Source of the DNA: a bacterium
GTDB lineage: Bacteria > UBA8248
Length of the DNA: 64,000 nucleotides
Reading direction: 5' to 3'
Assembly: GCA_965207065.1 (NCBI GenBank)
Contig: OZ242260.1
Location: forward strand, 1,280,001-1,344,000
Shown: positions 1 to 9,530 of the stretch, piece after piece
Layout of the letters: every line of letters starts with the position of its first letter
Numbering within the stretch: position 1 is the first letter of the stretch
Program-made: the position numbers and the translations under genes
The notes under the pieces: generated by a model
Databases searched by the model: none
Told to the model about the DNA's origin: nothing
Seen by the model: only the letters and a program-made list of their open reading frames with translations

Positions 1-921
1 CGATCTGCCACCGGATTCGACCAGACATTTGGCGAGAAGAAGGCTATGAAGGTCAGCGAAGAAGAGCGCGAGCGCGAATTCGAGAAGCGCTGGGCGCACG
101 GGGGACTGCCCTTCCTCTCCGCCTTCACGGATTTGCGCTACAGCGAGGAAGCGAACCAGATGGCGGGCGAATTCGTCCGGAACAAGATTCGGGAAATCGT
201 GAAGGATCCCGAAACAGCGGAACTGCTTTGCCCCACGACGGTCATCGGATGCAAGCGCTTATGTGTGATTACGGAGTATTTCGAGACCTATAACCGTCCG
301 AACGTACACCTGATCGACGTGAGCGAATCTCCCATCGAGAGGATAACGCCGGAAGGGGTGGTGACCGGGGGGCGGGTGTATGAATTCGACATGCTTATTC
401 TGGCCACGGGGTTCGACGCCATGACGGGGACCCTGCTCAGAATCGACATCCGGGGGCGCGGCGGGCGCACCATACAAGACAAATGGAAGGAAGGCCCCCG
501 CACGTATCTCGGCCTCATGACGGCGGGCTTCCCGAACATGTTCACCATCACGGGTCCAGGAAGCCCCTCGGTGCTGACGAACATGCAGACTTCCATCGAC
601 CATCACGTCGAGTGGATCGGCGCGTGCCTCGTGTATCTACGCGAAAACGGGATGAAATCCATCGAGGCCACGGTGGAGGCGGAGGATGCCTGGGTCGCGC
701 ACAACAACGAGGAGACCGCCAAGACGATTCGTTACAAGTGCACCTCCTGGTATCTGGGGGCGAACATACCGGGCAAGCCGCGCGTGTTCATGCCCTACAT
801 CGCCGGGTTCGACGTCTATTCACAAAAATGCAGACAAATCGTGGAAGCGGGATACGAGGGATTTCATCTGATGCCGCACGAAAACGAACGGGTGGATGCG
901 GCTATCGGCCATTCCGGGTAA
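1..921 (+). CDS. Baeyer-Villiger/cyclohexanone monooxygenase-family flavoprotein, C-terminal part (5' truncated by window)
   Basis: Frame open from base 1; GCKR, DxLILATGF, and CTSWYLGANIPGKPRVFMPY motifs typical of BVMO C-termini. Confidence 0.9.
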   Translation, partial: RSATGFDQTFGEKKAMKVSEEEREREFEKRWAHGGLPFLSAFTDLRYSEEANQMAGEFVRNKIREIVKDPETAELLCPTTVIGCKRLCVITEYFETYNRPNVHLIDVSESPIERITPEGVVTGGRVYEFDMLILATGFDAMTGTLLRIDIRGRGGRTIQDKWKEGPRTYLGLMTAGFPNMFTITGPGSPSVLTNMQTSIDHHVEWIGACLVYLRENGMKSIEATVEAEDAWVAHNNEETAKTIRYKCTSWYLGANIPGKPRVFMPYIAGFDVYSQKCRQIVEAGYEGFHLMPHENERVDAAIGHSG

Positions 922-1021
922 AAACACCTCGAACAGCTTACATTCTTGATGGATATGGAATAGGATAAGCAGATTACCAATATAAAATCATATTTATCGC
1001 TCTCATGAATAGGACCTCTGC

Positions 1022-2116
1022 ATGGCGGAAGTAGTTGTAAAGGACCTGGTCAAACGCTTCGGTACGGAAACGCTGGCGGTAGACAACGTCAGTTTCACTG
1101 TGGGCGAAGGTGAATTCGTTACCCTGCTGGGTCCCAGCGGTTGCGGGAAAACGACGACGCTTCGCTGCATCGCAGGACTCGAGACCCCGGATGAGGGGGA
1201 TATCCTCATTGCGGACGAAGTATTTACTTCGAGCCACAACGGGGTTTGCCTGCCCCCGGAAAAACGCCGGCTCGGCATGGTGTTTCAGTCTTACGCCATC
1301 TGGCCTCACATGTCGGTTTCAGAGAACGTGGCTTACGGCATTCAGGCCCAGGGGGCGAGCCGCGCAGAAGTCAACGAAAAAGTCGCCAAGGCGCTCGAAC
1401 TCGTCGGCCTGAGCGGTCTTGGGGAGAGAAACGCCACCAAACTCTCCGGCGGCCAGCAACAGCGGGTGTCCCTCGCCCGCGCGTTGGCCTACAACCCCCG
1501 CGTTCTTCTTTTTGATGAGCCGCTCAGCAACCTCGATGCGAAATTGCGCGAGCGCATGCGGGTCGAGCTGGCGAACCTGATAAAAGAACTCAAATTGACG
1601 GCCATTTACGTCACCCACGATCAGGCCGAGGCCATGGTCATGAGCGATCGGATCATCGTCATGAAGGACGGCAGGATACAGCAGGAAGGGGATCCCCACG
1701 CAACTTATAATGAGCCGTCCAACAGTTTCGTCGCCGATTTCATCGGCGTGACGAACATTCTCGAGGGCAAGGCCGGTGAGAGGGAGAACGGAAAAGGCCT
1801 TTGGGTGGAAGTACCGTCCCTTGAGACGAGAATTCTTTGTGCGAAGGGAATCGACCGCGATATTCCAGCCGGTTCTGATTTGCTGGTCACCGTGCGGCCC
1901 GAATACATCGAACTTGGAGAAGAAGGGTCGAACGATGAAAACGTTTTCAGAGGCCAGGTGAGTGACGCGGTTTATCTGGGACAATCCTGGGATTGTCTGG
2001 TCCAATCCGGGAATTTTGAATTGAGGGTGCATGTTCGTGGAGACGCGGATATCCGGACAGGCCAGTCCGTCACCATGAACATATCCCCTTCAAGATGCGT
2101 GGTGTTGAGCGATTGA
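1022..2116 (+). CDS. ABC transporter ATP-binding protein (Fe3+/polyamine family, TOBE C-terminus)
   Basis: Walker A GPSGCGKT, LSGGQQQR signature, LLFDEPLSNLD, VTHDQ. Confidence 0.95.
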   Translation: MAEVVVKDLVKRFGTETLAVDNVSFTVGEGEFVTLLGPSGCGKTTTLRCIAGLETPDEGDILIADEVFTSSHNGVCLPPEKRRLGMVFQSYAIWPHMSVSENVAYGIQAQGASRAEVNEKVAKALELVGLSGLGERNATKLSGGQQQRVSLARALAYNPRVLLFDEPLSNLDAKLRERMRVELANLIKELKLTAIYVTHDQAEAMVMSDRIIVMKDGRIQQEGDPHATYNEPSNSFVADFIGVTNILEGKAGERENGKGLWVEVPSLETRILCAKGIDRDIPAGSDLLVTVRPEYIELGEEGSNDENVFRGQVSDAVYLGQSWDCLVQSGNFELRVHVRGDADIRTGQSVTMNISPSRCVVLSD

Positions 2117-2188
2117 GTGGCGGGTGAGTTGAACGGCCCACCTGCGCGGAACCGGTATTTTGTTTACATTTCTCTGGGAGAAGATTCG

Positions 2189-3331
2189 ATGAAAAAAAGG
2201 TTGAGTTGCTCGGTAGGAATGGCGGTATTGCTGGCGGTTACGTTCACGCTGGGCGGGACCGCCCGCGCTGCAGAGGCGCCTATCCTGAAAGAGTTGAAAG
2301 GCGCGGAAAAAGCCCGCGTCGCGAAATTGATTGAAGGCGCCAGAAAAGAAGGTAATTTCTCCTGGGCCACGAACCTTGCTCCCGTGAAGGCGGCCAAAGA
2401 GATGGAGAAGGCCTTCAAGAAGCTATATGGGCTGCCGAAGGTGAAATTCCGTTTCGCCAACAGGCGCTCGGGTACGCTCATCAAGCGTTTCGAGCAGGAG
2501 ATCAAGGCGAACAAGCTGTCCGTCGACGTGGTCGTGCTAGCCGCAGCCTCCTGGCTGCACTCGATGAAGCGTCGCGGGAATCTGATGAAATACGTCTCGC
2601 CGGAAGACAAGCATTACAGCCTGGCGGAAAAGGCGAACATGAACGGCGACGGGTATTGGGTTTCCGATGCGCAAATCAACACCATGGCGGTCAACCGGGA
2701 TTTGGCGGGCAACGTCAAGCTGACGAGTTGGTATGATTTGCTGAAGCCCGAGTTCAAGGGCAAGGTGCTGGTCGGCGATGCGAGGCCCTCCGAGACGTAT
2801 ACCCTTTGGTACAAGGGACTCCGCGAGCGGCTGCCGAAGAGCTACTTCCAGAAATTAAGCGCTTCGGGCGCGGGCGTGATGGCGAGAGGGTCGGCGCAGA
2901 GGCGCTCCCTCATGGCGGGAGAGTACTGGCTCGGAACGACGATCATGGCCAGGCATAACTGGATTGCCAAAAAAGCCGGCGTAAAAATGGACCCCATCTA
3001 TCCTAAAGAAGGTGTAGTGGCGCTTCCCATCGGTTCCGTGATCATGGCGAAGGCGAAAAACCCCAACATGGCGAAACTTTTCGTCGATTACTGGCGGAGC
3101 GTGAGGGGGCATCACATGCTCCTCAATTACAATCCGCTGAATTCCGGCAGGCCGCTTCCGCCGCACAAGGATGAGAAAATCAACAAGCTCATCCTGGCGA
3201 AAGACGGCATCGCGCCTCCCATCGACAAGATCAACGTCATCCCGACCGACTGGAGCAAAGTCACGCCGGCGGACGTGAAGAAATGGAAGGCGGAATTCAT
3301 CGAAGTTTTCGGATCGGGCACGAAGAAATAA
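2189..3331 (+). CDS. ABC transporter extracellular solute-binding protein (Fe3+/thiamine-like family)
   Basis: Signal peptide MKKRLSC...TARA from ATG 2189 after GGAG; SWYDLLKPEFKGK and YPKEG motifs; lies between ATPase and permease. Confidence 0.85.
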   Translation: MKKRLSCSVGMAVLLAVTFTLGGTARAAEAPILKELKGAEKARVAKLIEGARKEGNFSWATNLAPVKAAKEMEKAFKKLYGLPKVKFRFANRRSGTLIKRFEQEIKANKLSVDVVVLAAASWLHSMKRRGNLMKYVSPEDKHYSLAEKANMNGDGYWVSDAQINTMAVNRDLAGNVKLTSWYDLLKPEFKGKVLVGDARPSETYTLWYKGLRERLPKSYFQKLSASGAGVMARGSAQRRSLMAGEYWLGTTIMARHNWIAKKAGVKMDPIYPKEGVVALPIGSVIMAKAKNPNMAKLFVDYWRSVRGHHMLLNYNPLNSGRPLPPHKDEKINKLILAKDGIAPPIDKINVIPTDWSKVTPADVKKWKAEFIEVFGSGTKK

Positions 3332-3358
3332 AGATGTGAAATACTCGAGGGTCATGCA

Positions 3359-5119
3359 TTGAGCAGCGTATCGAAATCGGAATTGGAGGCCAGAGGCGAC
3401 GGGGCGAGCCCCGTCGCTTCGGCCGCCACTCCCGGGGGACGTTTTTTCAACTCTGAAAATTCATTGAAACTCGGTTCCCTGGGTCTGCTAACCATTCTCG
3501 CCATTTTGCCTGTATCGGTGTTCCTGTACAGCGCATTCGTGACCCACCCCGAAGCCGGGGACTCCATCTTCACGTTCACGAACTTCACGAAAAATTTTTC
3601 CACCTCCGAGGTGTTCGACGCTACGCTGAATACCCTGGTCATTGCGCTGGGCACGTCTGTTTTTTCATGTCTGACGGGTGTTTCGCTCGCCTGGTTCCAT
3701 GCGCGCACCGATATGCCGTTCCGCAGACCCCTGGAGGCGCTGACCCTGATCCCCTTCTTCCTGTCCTCCTTCCTGGGGGCCGTTGCGTGGTGGGCGCTGG
3801 CCGCCCCGAGAACGGGCATACTGAATCGCTGGATGATCGATCTCTTCGGGTTGTCGGCCCCGCCGTTCAACATCTATTCGATGACCGGGATCGTCATGGT
3901 GATGGCGCTGTTTTATACGCCCTACATGTATCTTTTTACGATAGGCTCCCTGAACCGGATGGATCCGGCCCTCGAGGAATCCGCGCGTGTATGCGGGACC
4001 GGCGTCTTGCGCACCGCCCTGAGGGTGACGATTCCACTATCCACGCCCGCCATGCTCTCCGGCGCGGTGATTATTTTCGTGGTGAGCATGGGTGTTTTCG
4101 GCGTGCCCAGCTTGTTGGGACCCATCGCGCGAATATCGACGCTCTCGACGATCATCTACACGAAGATGGAGGAATATCCGCTGGACATCGGCGGGGCGGC
4201 CGCACTGGGAAGCGTCTTGATGGTGTTCACCGCGTTGGGCCTTTACATCCAGCGTAAGATTATCGCGCCGAGAAGTTACGTGACCGTGACGGGGAAAGGC
4301 TATCGCCCCAGCCGGGTTTCTTTGGGACCCTGGAAATACGTCGCGCTCGCCATCAATTGTTTCTACGTTCTTCTGGCGGTCATCCTCCCGCTGGGAGCGC
4401 TCCTGCTGGCGTCGTTCAACCGCGCCTGGCTGGGCGGTTTCCGCTGGAGCCAGCTTTCCATCTACAACTGGGCGTATGTCTTGTTTGAATACGAATACGC
4501 GGTTCAGGCGACAAAAAACAGTCTCATCCTGGGGCTGGTGGGCGGATTCATCACGGTTGTTCTTTGTACGTTCCTCGCCATGGTGATTCTCAGGGGCAGG
4601 AACAAGAGGCTCAGCGGCGCCGTCGATTACCTGAGCACACTGCCCATCGGCGTGCCGGGCCTCATCATGGGGATGGCTTTTCTCATCACGTGGATCAAGA
4701 CGCCGCTCTATGGATTCCCCATGCTCTTGCTCATGATGGCGTATATGACGCGCTATCTGCCCTATGGCCTCAGGACAATATCTTCGGTGCTTCAATCTTT
4801 GAGTTCCGAACTCGAGGAAAGCGCCAGAATCTGCGGTTCCTCGTTCGTTGCGACGATAAAGAAAATCACGGTGCCGCTCTTGAGGCCGGGCATATTCGCG
4901 GCTTATCTGATGCTGTTCATCATGTTCATCCGGGAATTGCCGGTGTCCGTGCTCCTGGCGACGGAAGACAGCGCCCCCATGGCGGTGGCCCTATACATCC
5001 TGCAGGAAAACGAGGCTTTGGGCGTCGTGGCGGCATTCGCGCTGGTTCAGACCGCGCTCCTCCTGCTGGGCACGATTGTCTTCAGAAAGCTCGGAAGCAT
5101 GGAAGAGCTCTCGGTGTAG
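3359..5119 (+). CDS. ABC transporter permease (fused double FbpB-type)
   Basis: Two EAA loops (LEESARVCG, LEESARICG); many TM segments. Confidence 0.92.
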   Translation: MSSVSKSELEARGDGASPVASAATPGGRFFNSENSLKLGSLGLLTILAILPVSVFLYSAFVTHPEAGDSIFTFTNFTKNFSTSEVFDATLNTLVIALGTSVFSCLTGVSLAWFHARTDMPFRRPLEALTLIPFFLSSFLGAVAWWALAAPRTGILNRWMIDLFGLSAPPFNIYSMTGIVMVMALFYTPYMYLFTIGSLNRMDPALEESARVCGTGVLRTALRVTIPLSTPAMLSGAVIIFVVSMGVFGVPSLLGPIARISTLSTIIYTKMEEYPLDIGGAAALGSVLMVFTALGLYIQRKIIAPRSYVTVTGKGYRPSRVSLGPWKYVALAINCFYVLLAVILPLGALLLASFNRAWLGGFRWSQLSIYNWAYVLFEYEYAVQATKNSLILGLVGGFITVVLCTFLAMVILRGRNKRLSGAVDYLSTLPIGVPGLIMGMAFLITWIKTPLYGFPMLLLMMAYMTRYLPYGLRTISSVLQSLSSELEESARICGSSFVATIKKITVPLLRPGIFAAYLMLFIMFIRELPVSVLLATEDSAPMAVALYILQENEALGVVAAFALVQTALLLLGTIVFRKLGSMEELSV

Positions 5120-5201
5120 GTGAAAACACGAGGCTTGGAAGCAGCCGCAAGGAGCGCATGAGTTTCGGTATCCAATAACCCGCTAAAGGAAGGGAGGCCG
5201 A

Positions 5202-6104
5202 ATGAAGCTCAAGGGCATCATGGGCGCGCCCACGACGGCGTTCAAACCCGGTGGCGGCGTCGATTACGACACATTCGGAAGCCAGGTCGATTTTCTGATC
5301 GAACAGGGATTTCCCTTCATCGCCCATCCCATGCACATCGGCGAGTCCTTGAATCTGAGCGATCACGAGCGCAAGGAGCTGGCGAAGCGCCTGGTGGAAA
5401 CCGCCGCCGGCCGCGTTCCCGCCTTCGTGAACGTGACCGCTTCGGGACCGGACAATTCCATTGATTTGGCGAAGCACTCCGAGGCGATAGGCGCAACGGG
5501 AATCGTCGTGCTCTCGCCCTATCATTGGGCGCCCGAGGACGAAGCCCATCTGGATTATTTCCTGACGTTGGGAAGAAGTACGGATATCGCGATGATCGCC
5601 TATAACAACCCCAGGCTCCAGGTGACCATCTCCCACGACATGCTCGAAGAGATGCTCGAAAAACTCCCGAACTTACACGCTCTAAAAGACGCCAGCTTCG
5701 ACATGAACTACTTTACGGGCGCTTGCCGCATCGCATCCGGCGCCCGAGCGGATTTTTCCGTGTTCACCGGCATCGAGTGGCTCCTCACGTCGATTCCCGT
5801 CGGCGGGTCGGGATCGTTCTCCAATTGCGGCGAGGTCGCTCCGAGGATGGTCCTTTCCCTGTTCGATGCGTGTATTTCCGGGGACTACGAAAAAGCGCGC
5901 TCGCTGCAGTACAAGATGGACACGCTCTTGCACCTGCTGCAGACGAACTACCCGGCGACGGTGAAATATGCGATGGAACTGATGGGCCGGCCCGTCGGCG
6001 AGACGCGAAAACCCATCCTTCCCCTGGATGATGACGCCAAGGCCCACACGAGAAAGACACTCGAATCGCTAGGCATCTTCGAGAACGAGCCGTCAGGCTG
6101 GTAG
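5202..6104 (+). CDS. DapA/NanA-family class I aldolase (dihydrodipicolinate synthase-like)
   Basis: GE...LS..ER, AYNNP (Tyr) and LKDAS (Schiff-base Lys). Confidence 0.88.
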   Translation: MKLKGIMGAPTTAFKPGGGVDYDTFGSQVDFLIEQGFPFIAHPMHIGESLNLSDHERKELAKRLVETAAGRVPAFVNVTASGPDNSIDLAKHSEAIGATGIVVLSPYHWAPEDEAHLDYFLTLGRSTDIAMIAYNNPRLQVTISHDMLEEMLEKLPNLHALKDASFDMNYFTGACRIASGARADFSVFTGIEWLLTSIPVGGSGSFSNCGEVAPRMVLSLFDACISGDYEKARSLQYKMDTLLHLLQTNYPATVKYAMELMGRPVGETRKPILPLDDDAKAHTRKTLESLGIFENEPSGW

Positions 6105-8240
6105 TTCGGAGCGTTCCTGCTCTCGTCCGACACTCCTTTTTTGCCAGGCAAAGATCGATAGCAGCAGAGCCGCTCCCGCCGCGTTGGCGAGGTATGCGGA
6201 GAAACCGCCTGGTAGCTGGAATTTCGCCGGCAGAAAACAGAACACCGAAGCGACGCCCAAGAGCAGCCATTCGGGAGGGGAAGTCTTTCTCTTGAGGTAG
6301 CCCATCGTCCAGGCGGAAAAAGCAATGGTGCCGAACAACGCCGTTCCCATCGTCCAGATTGTGAGTTTCACCGAACCCGTCAGCAGAATGGGCGTATAGG
6401 CGAATAAAATCGGCATGACGTAAAGCATTTTGGCGAACCGGAAACTCGCCCATCCCGTCTGCCAGGGGTCCGCTCTTGCGATGGAGGCGGCGACGTAGGC
6501 CCCCAGGCAGACAGGCGGCGTGATGTTCGAATCCTGACTCAGCCAGAAGACGATCATGTGCGCGGCGATGAGGGGAACGCCGAGGTTCTCGAGGGCGGGA
6601 CCCGCGAGTACGGCCAGGACGAGGTATGAGGCGGTTATGGGCAAGGCCATGCCCAGGACGAGAGACGCCACCGCCACGAGGAACAGGGCGAACAGAAGGC
6701 TTCCGCCCGATAGCGCCACCAGCAAGTAGCTCATTTTGAGGCCGAGACCCGTCAGGGCCACCATCCCGACGATGATCCCCACCGCAGCTGCGGCCGAGCC
6801 GACGACGAGAGAGTTTTGCGTACCCTCCACCATGGCGCCGAAGACGCCTCGTATATTCAACCGCTCTTGCGGGGTTTGGAATTGATCGGGAAAGAGCCGC
6901 GCCAGCGCCATGCGGATCCAGTTGATCGCCAGTATGGAGAAGATGGCCATGACGGCGCACCAATCCGGCGAGTAACCGGCGATGAGGAAAGCCAGGAGAA
7001 TCGCGAGCGGCAGGAGATGGAACCAGCCGGATACGAAAACATCCCTGGGACTCGAAAGTTCATTTTCGGCGATTCCCTGTATTCCCTGTCGCTTCGCTTC
7101 GAAATGAACGATGGCGCTGATCGACAGCAGGTACAACAGCGCGGGCACCGCGGCGATGGCCATGATGCGCACGTAGGGTACGCCGGTTATCTCCGCCATG
7201 ACGAATGCGCCCGAGCCCATGACGGGAGGCAGAAGCTGGCCGCCCAGAGAAGCGCTGTTTTCCACCGCACCCGCCACATGGGGCCGGAAGCCCACCTTTT
7301 TCATGAGAGGGATAGTGAAGGTGCCCGTCGAGACGACGTTTGCGATGCTGCTGCCCGAGATCGAGCCGAATATGGCGGAGGCGATGACCGCCACCTTGGC
7401 GGGTCCGCCCACCGTCCGTCCGGCGAGCGCCATGGGCATTTCGATGAAGAACCTGCCCATCCCGGATTGATTCATGAACGCGCCCAGATAGATGAATATC
7501 AGGACGTAGCTGGCCATGACGGAAGTCATGACGCCGAAGATGCCCTCTTGCGAATAGAAGGTGTAGTTCACGATCTGGTGAACCGTGGAGCCCCGGTGAG
7601 CGAGTGGACCGGGCGCATAAGCGCCGAAATGGGCGAACAATAGCGCGATGACGGCGAGGGCCGGAATCCATAGCCCCAGTCCGCGTCTCGCCGCCTCCAG
7701 GGCGAGTACGATGGCGACGAAGGCCATCCAGAAGTCCGTCTGATGCCAGGCGCCCGGCCTGTCCTGGAGTTCCAGGTAGTTGAAAACGAAATAGCTCAGA
7801 CAAAGGCAGGCCAGGCCCATCAGGGTGAGGTTCAGGGCGCGCGGGCGTGCCAGCGCGACCGCACCCAGGACGATGCAGCCGCTCCACGCAGCCCAATCAA
7901 CCATCAGTGCGCCTTCTTCCGAAACACTTTCCGCGCGGTAGATCGCAACGGCGAGCAGCGCCACGAGGAGGAGGGCTACGCCCCAATCGAGGATTTCCGG
8001 CGGTTTCCAGGTTGTTCCCTTGCGCCAGGGGTAGACGAGGAAGCTCATGATCCACATGACGAGGGTGAAGATGCCCAGGTGCAGATTGTCCTCGGGGATG
8101 CCGGGTCCCGCCGCCCAGAGGGCGAAAAACGCGAAAGCGACGCAGATGGCCTGGTGAAAATACTTCCAGGCTCCGCTCAAGTCCGAAGCGCGACTACCGC
8201 TCGCGTCATGCGCGACTTGGATTTCATCGCTTGCGGTCAT
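6093..8240 (-). CDS. TRAP transporter 4TM/12TM fused permease (TAXI-associated)
   Basis: GGPAKVAV, GSISGSSIANVVSTGTFTIPLMK, GGQLLPPVMG, ITPPVCL motifs. Confidence 0.93.
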   Translation of the reverse strand: MTASDEIQVAHDASGSRASDLSGAWKYFHQAICVAFAFFALWAAGPGIPEDNLHLGIFTLVMWIMSFLVYPWRKGTTWKPPEILDWGVALLLVALLAVAIYRAESVSEEGALMVDWAAWSGCIVLGAVALARPRALNLTLMGLACLCLSYFVFNYLELQDRPGAWHQTDFWMAFVAIVLALEAARRGLGLWIPALAVIALLFAHFGAYAPGPLAHRGSTVHQIVNYTFYSQEGIFGVMTSVMASYVLIFIYLGAFMNQSGMGRFFIEMPMALAGRTVGGPAKVAVIASAIFGSISGSSIANVVSTGTFTIPLMKKVGFRPHVAGAVENSASLGGQLLPPVMGSGAFVMAEITGVPYVRIMAIAAVPALLYLLSISAIVHFEAKRQGIQGIAENELSSPRDVFVSGWFHLLPLAILLAFLIAGYSPDWCAVMAIFSILAINWIRMALARLFPDQFQTPQERLNIRGVFGAMVEGTQNSLVVGSAAAAVGIIVGMVALTGLGLKMSYLLVALSGGSLLFALFLVAVASLVLGMALPITASYLVLAVLAGPALENLGVPLIAAHMIVFWLSQDSNITPPVCLGAYVAASIARADPWQTGWASFRFAKMLYVMPILFAYTPILLTGSVKLTIWTMGTALFGTIAFSAWTMGYLKRKTSPPEWLLLGVASVFCFLPAKFQLPGGFSAYLANAAGAALLLSIFAWQKRSVGREQERSELPA

Positions 8241-8320
8241 GGAGATCCCCGAAATCTCCCCGCGCGGGCGGGCAAGCCCGCGCGGAGAGGTTCGTGCGTG
8301 TCACAACAGTGACGAGGAGG

Positions 8321-9310
8321 CTACATGAGTTCTTTCGGAATCTTCTTGCCCGCTTCTTTCCAGAAGCGGATTGCCCCTTTGTGGAGCGGCGCGTTGATGA
8401 GCTTGAGGCCGTTTTTAATGGAGAGTTCCTTCGCCACCTTGCCGGCGGCGGAGACGATGTATTTGCGGCCCTTCTCGGAATACATGGCTTTCATGATGTT
8501 GTAAACCAGATCGGCGGAAACCTTGCTTCCCGCGATCATGACGGTGCCTGTGCCGAATGTCGGGGTGTCCACATTCACGTTCGGGTAGACGCCTGCGGGA
8601 ATCATGGTGGGTCCGAAGAAGGGAAACTTCTTGTAGAATCCGGACTTGCCGGCCGGAGCGTCCATGTTGATGAAGCGAATCTTCATCATGGTGGCCGTAT
8701 CGCGGATCATCGCGTTGCCGAGACCCGGGTGCCAGTTGTATCCGGCGATCTTGCCGTTGCGCATGGCCTCGGGACTCTTGCGGCCCAGATAAACGGGCTT
8801 GAACGTGCCCCAGATGCCCAGGTGCTTGAGGAGCGCCGTCAGGTTTTTGGCCGAGCCCGAACCCGGACCGCCCATCGAGATGGTTTTTCCCTTCAAATCC
8901 TCGATTTTCTTGATATCGCTGTTCGCGGGCACCAGCAGATGACCGACCGAACCGAAAAGGTATGTCATGGTTCGCATGTTCTTCTGGGGTTTCTTGAAAT
9001 GCCCCTGGCCCCGGTAGCCCAGGAAGGAGTCGCTCGAGAACGTCAAAGCCACTTCCACGGAGCCGGAATGGATCGCCCGCACGTTTTCAACAGAGCCTGT
9101 GGAGGACTCGGAGGAAACCTGAACTCCCTTCAATTCTTTTGTCAGGTATACGGCGTACGCGCTGGTCCATCGGTTGTAGGCGCCGCGAATCTGGCCGCCC
9201 TTCATCGTGATGCGTTGCTGTGCCGAAGCGTCCGGCAGCGTTGCGCCGAATTGCGTGAGGAACATGAACGCTGCCGCGCTCAGTAGTGAGGCCCATCGTG
9301 TTCTGGTCAT
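8321..9310 (-). CDS. TAXI-family TRAP solute-binding protein
   Basis: Signal peptide; STGSVENV, DLKGK..GGPGSGS, PLHKGA..FWKE motifs. Confidence 0.92.
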   Translation of the reverse strand: MTRTRWASLLSAAAFMFLTQFGATLPDASAQQRITMKGGQIRGAYNRWTSAYAVYLTKELKGVQVSSESSTGSVENVRAIHSGSVEVALTFSSDSFLGYRGQGHFKKPQKNMRTMTYLFGSVGHLLVPANSDIKKIEDLKGKTISMGGPGSGSAKNLTALLKHLGIWGTFKPVYLGRKSPEAMRNGKIAGYNWHPGLGNAMIRDTATMMKIRFINMDAPAGKSGFYKKFPFFGPTMIPAGVYPNVNVDTPTFGTGTVMIAGSKVSADLVYNIMKAMYSEKGRKYIVSAAGKVAKELSIKNGLKLINAPLHKGAIRFWKEAGKKIPKELM

Positions 9311-9458
9311 GGTTCTGTTCTCCTTGATGAATGGATGGAATGAAAACTTCTACTGATTGAACCAATTACCTCGAACGTCAGTCGAAAAAACCGGCAAGAT
9401 TCAAATGCAGTGCACCGGACGAAGAGAGAAGTCATCCGCCCTTGGGCGCATCGTCAAA

Positions 9459-9487
9459 TTGACAGGGTTCACATGACTTTCTACAGT
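9459..9487 (+). promoter_or_regulatory. Putative sigma70 promoter of ThDP-enzyme gene
   Basis: TTGACA-17 bp-TACAGT upstream of AAGGAG RBS. Confidence 0.5.
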
Positions 9488-9530
9488 CTCATCGTATTAC
9501 TCCATATCTTATCTTACAAGGAGATGTATT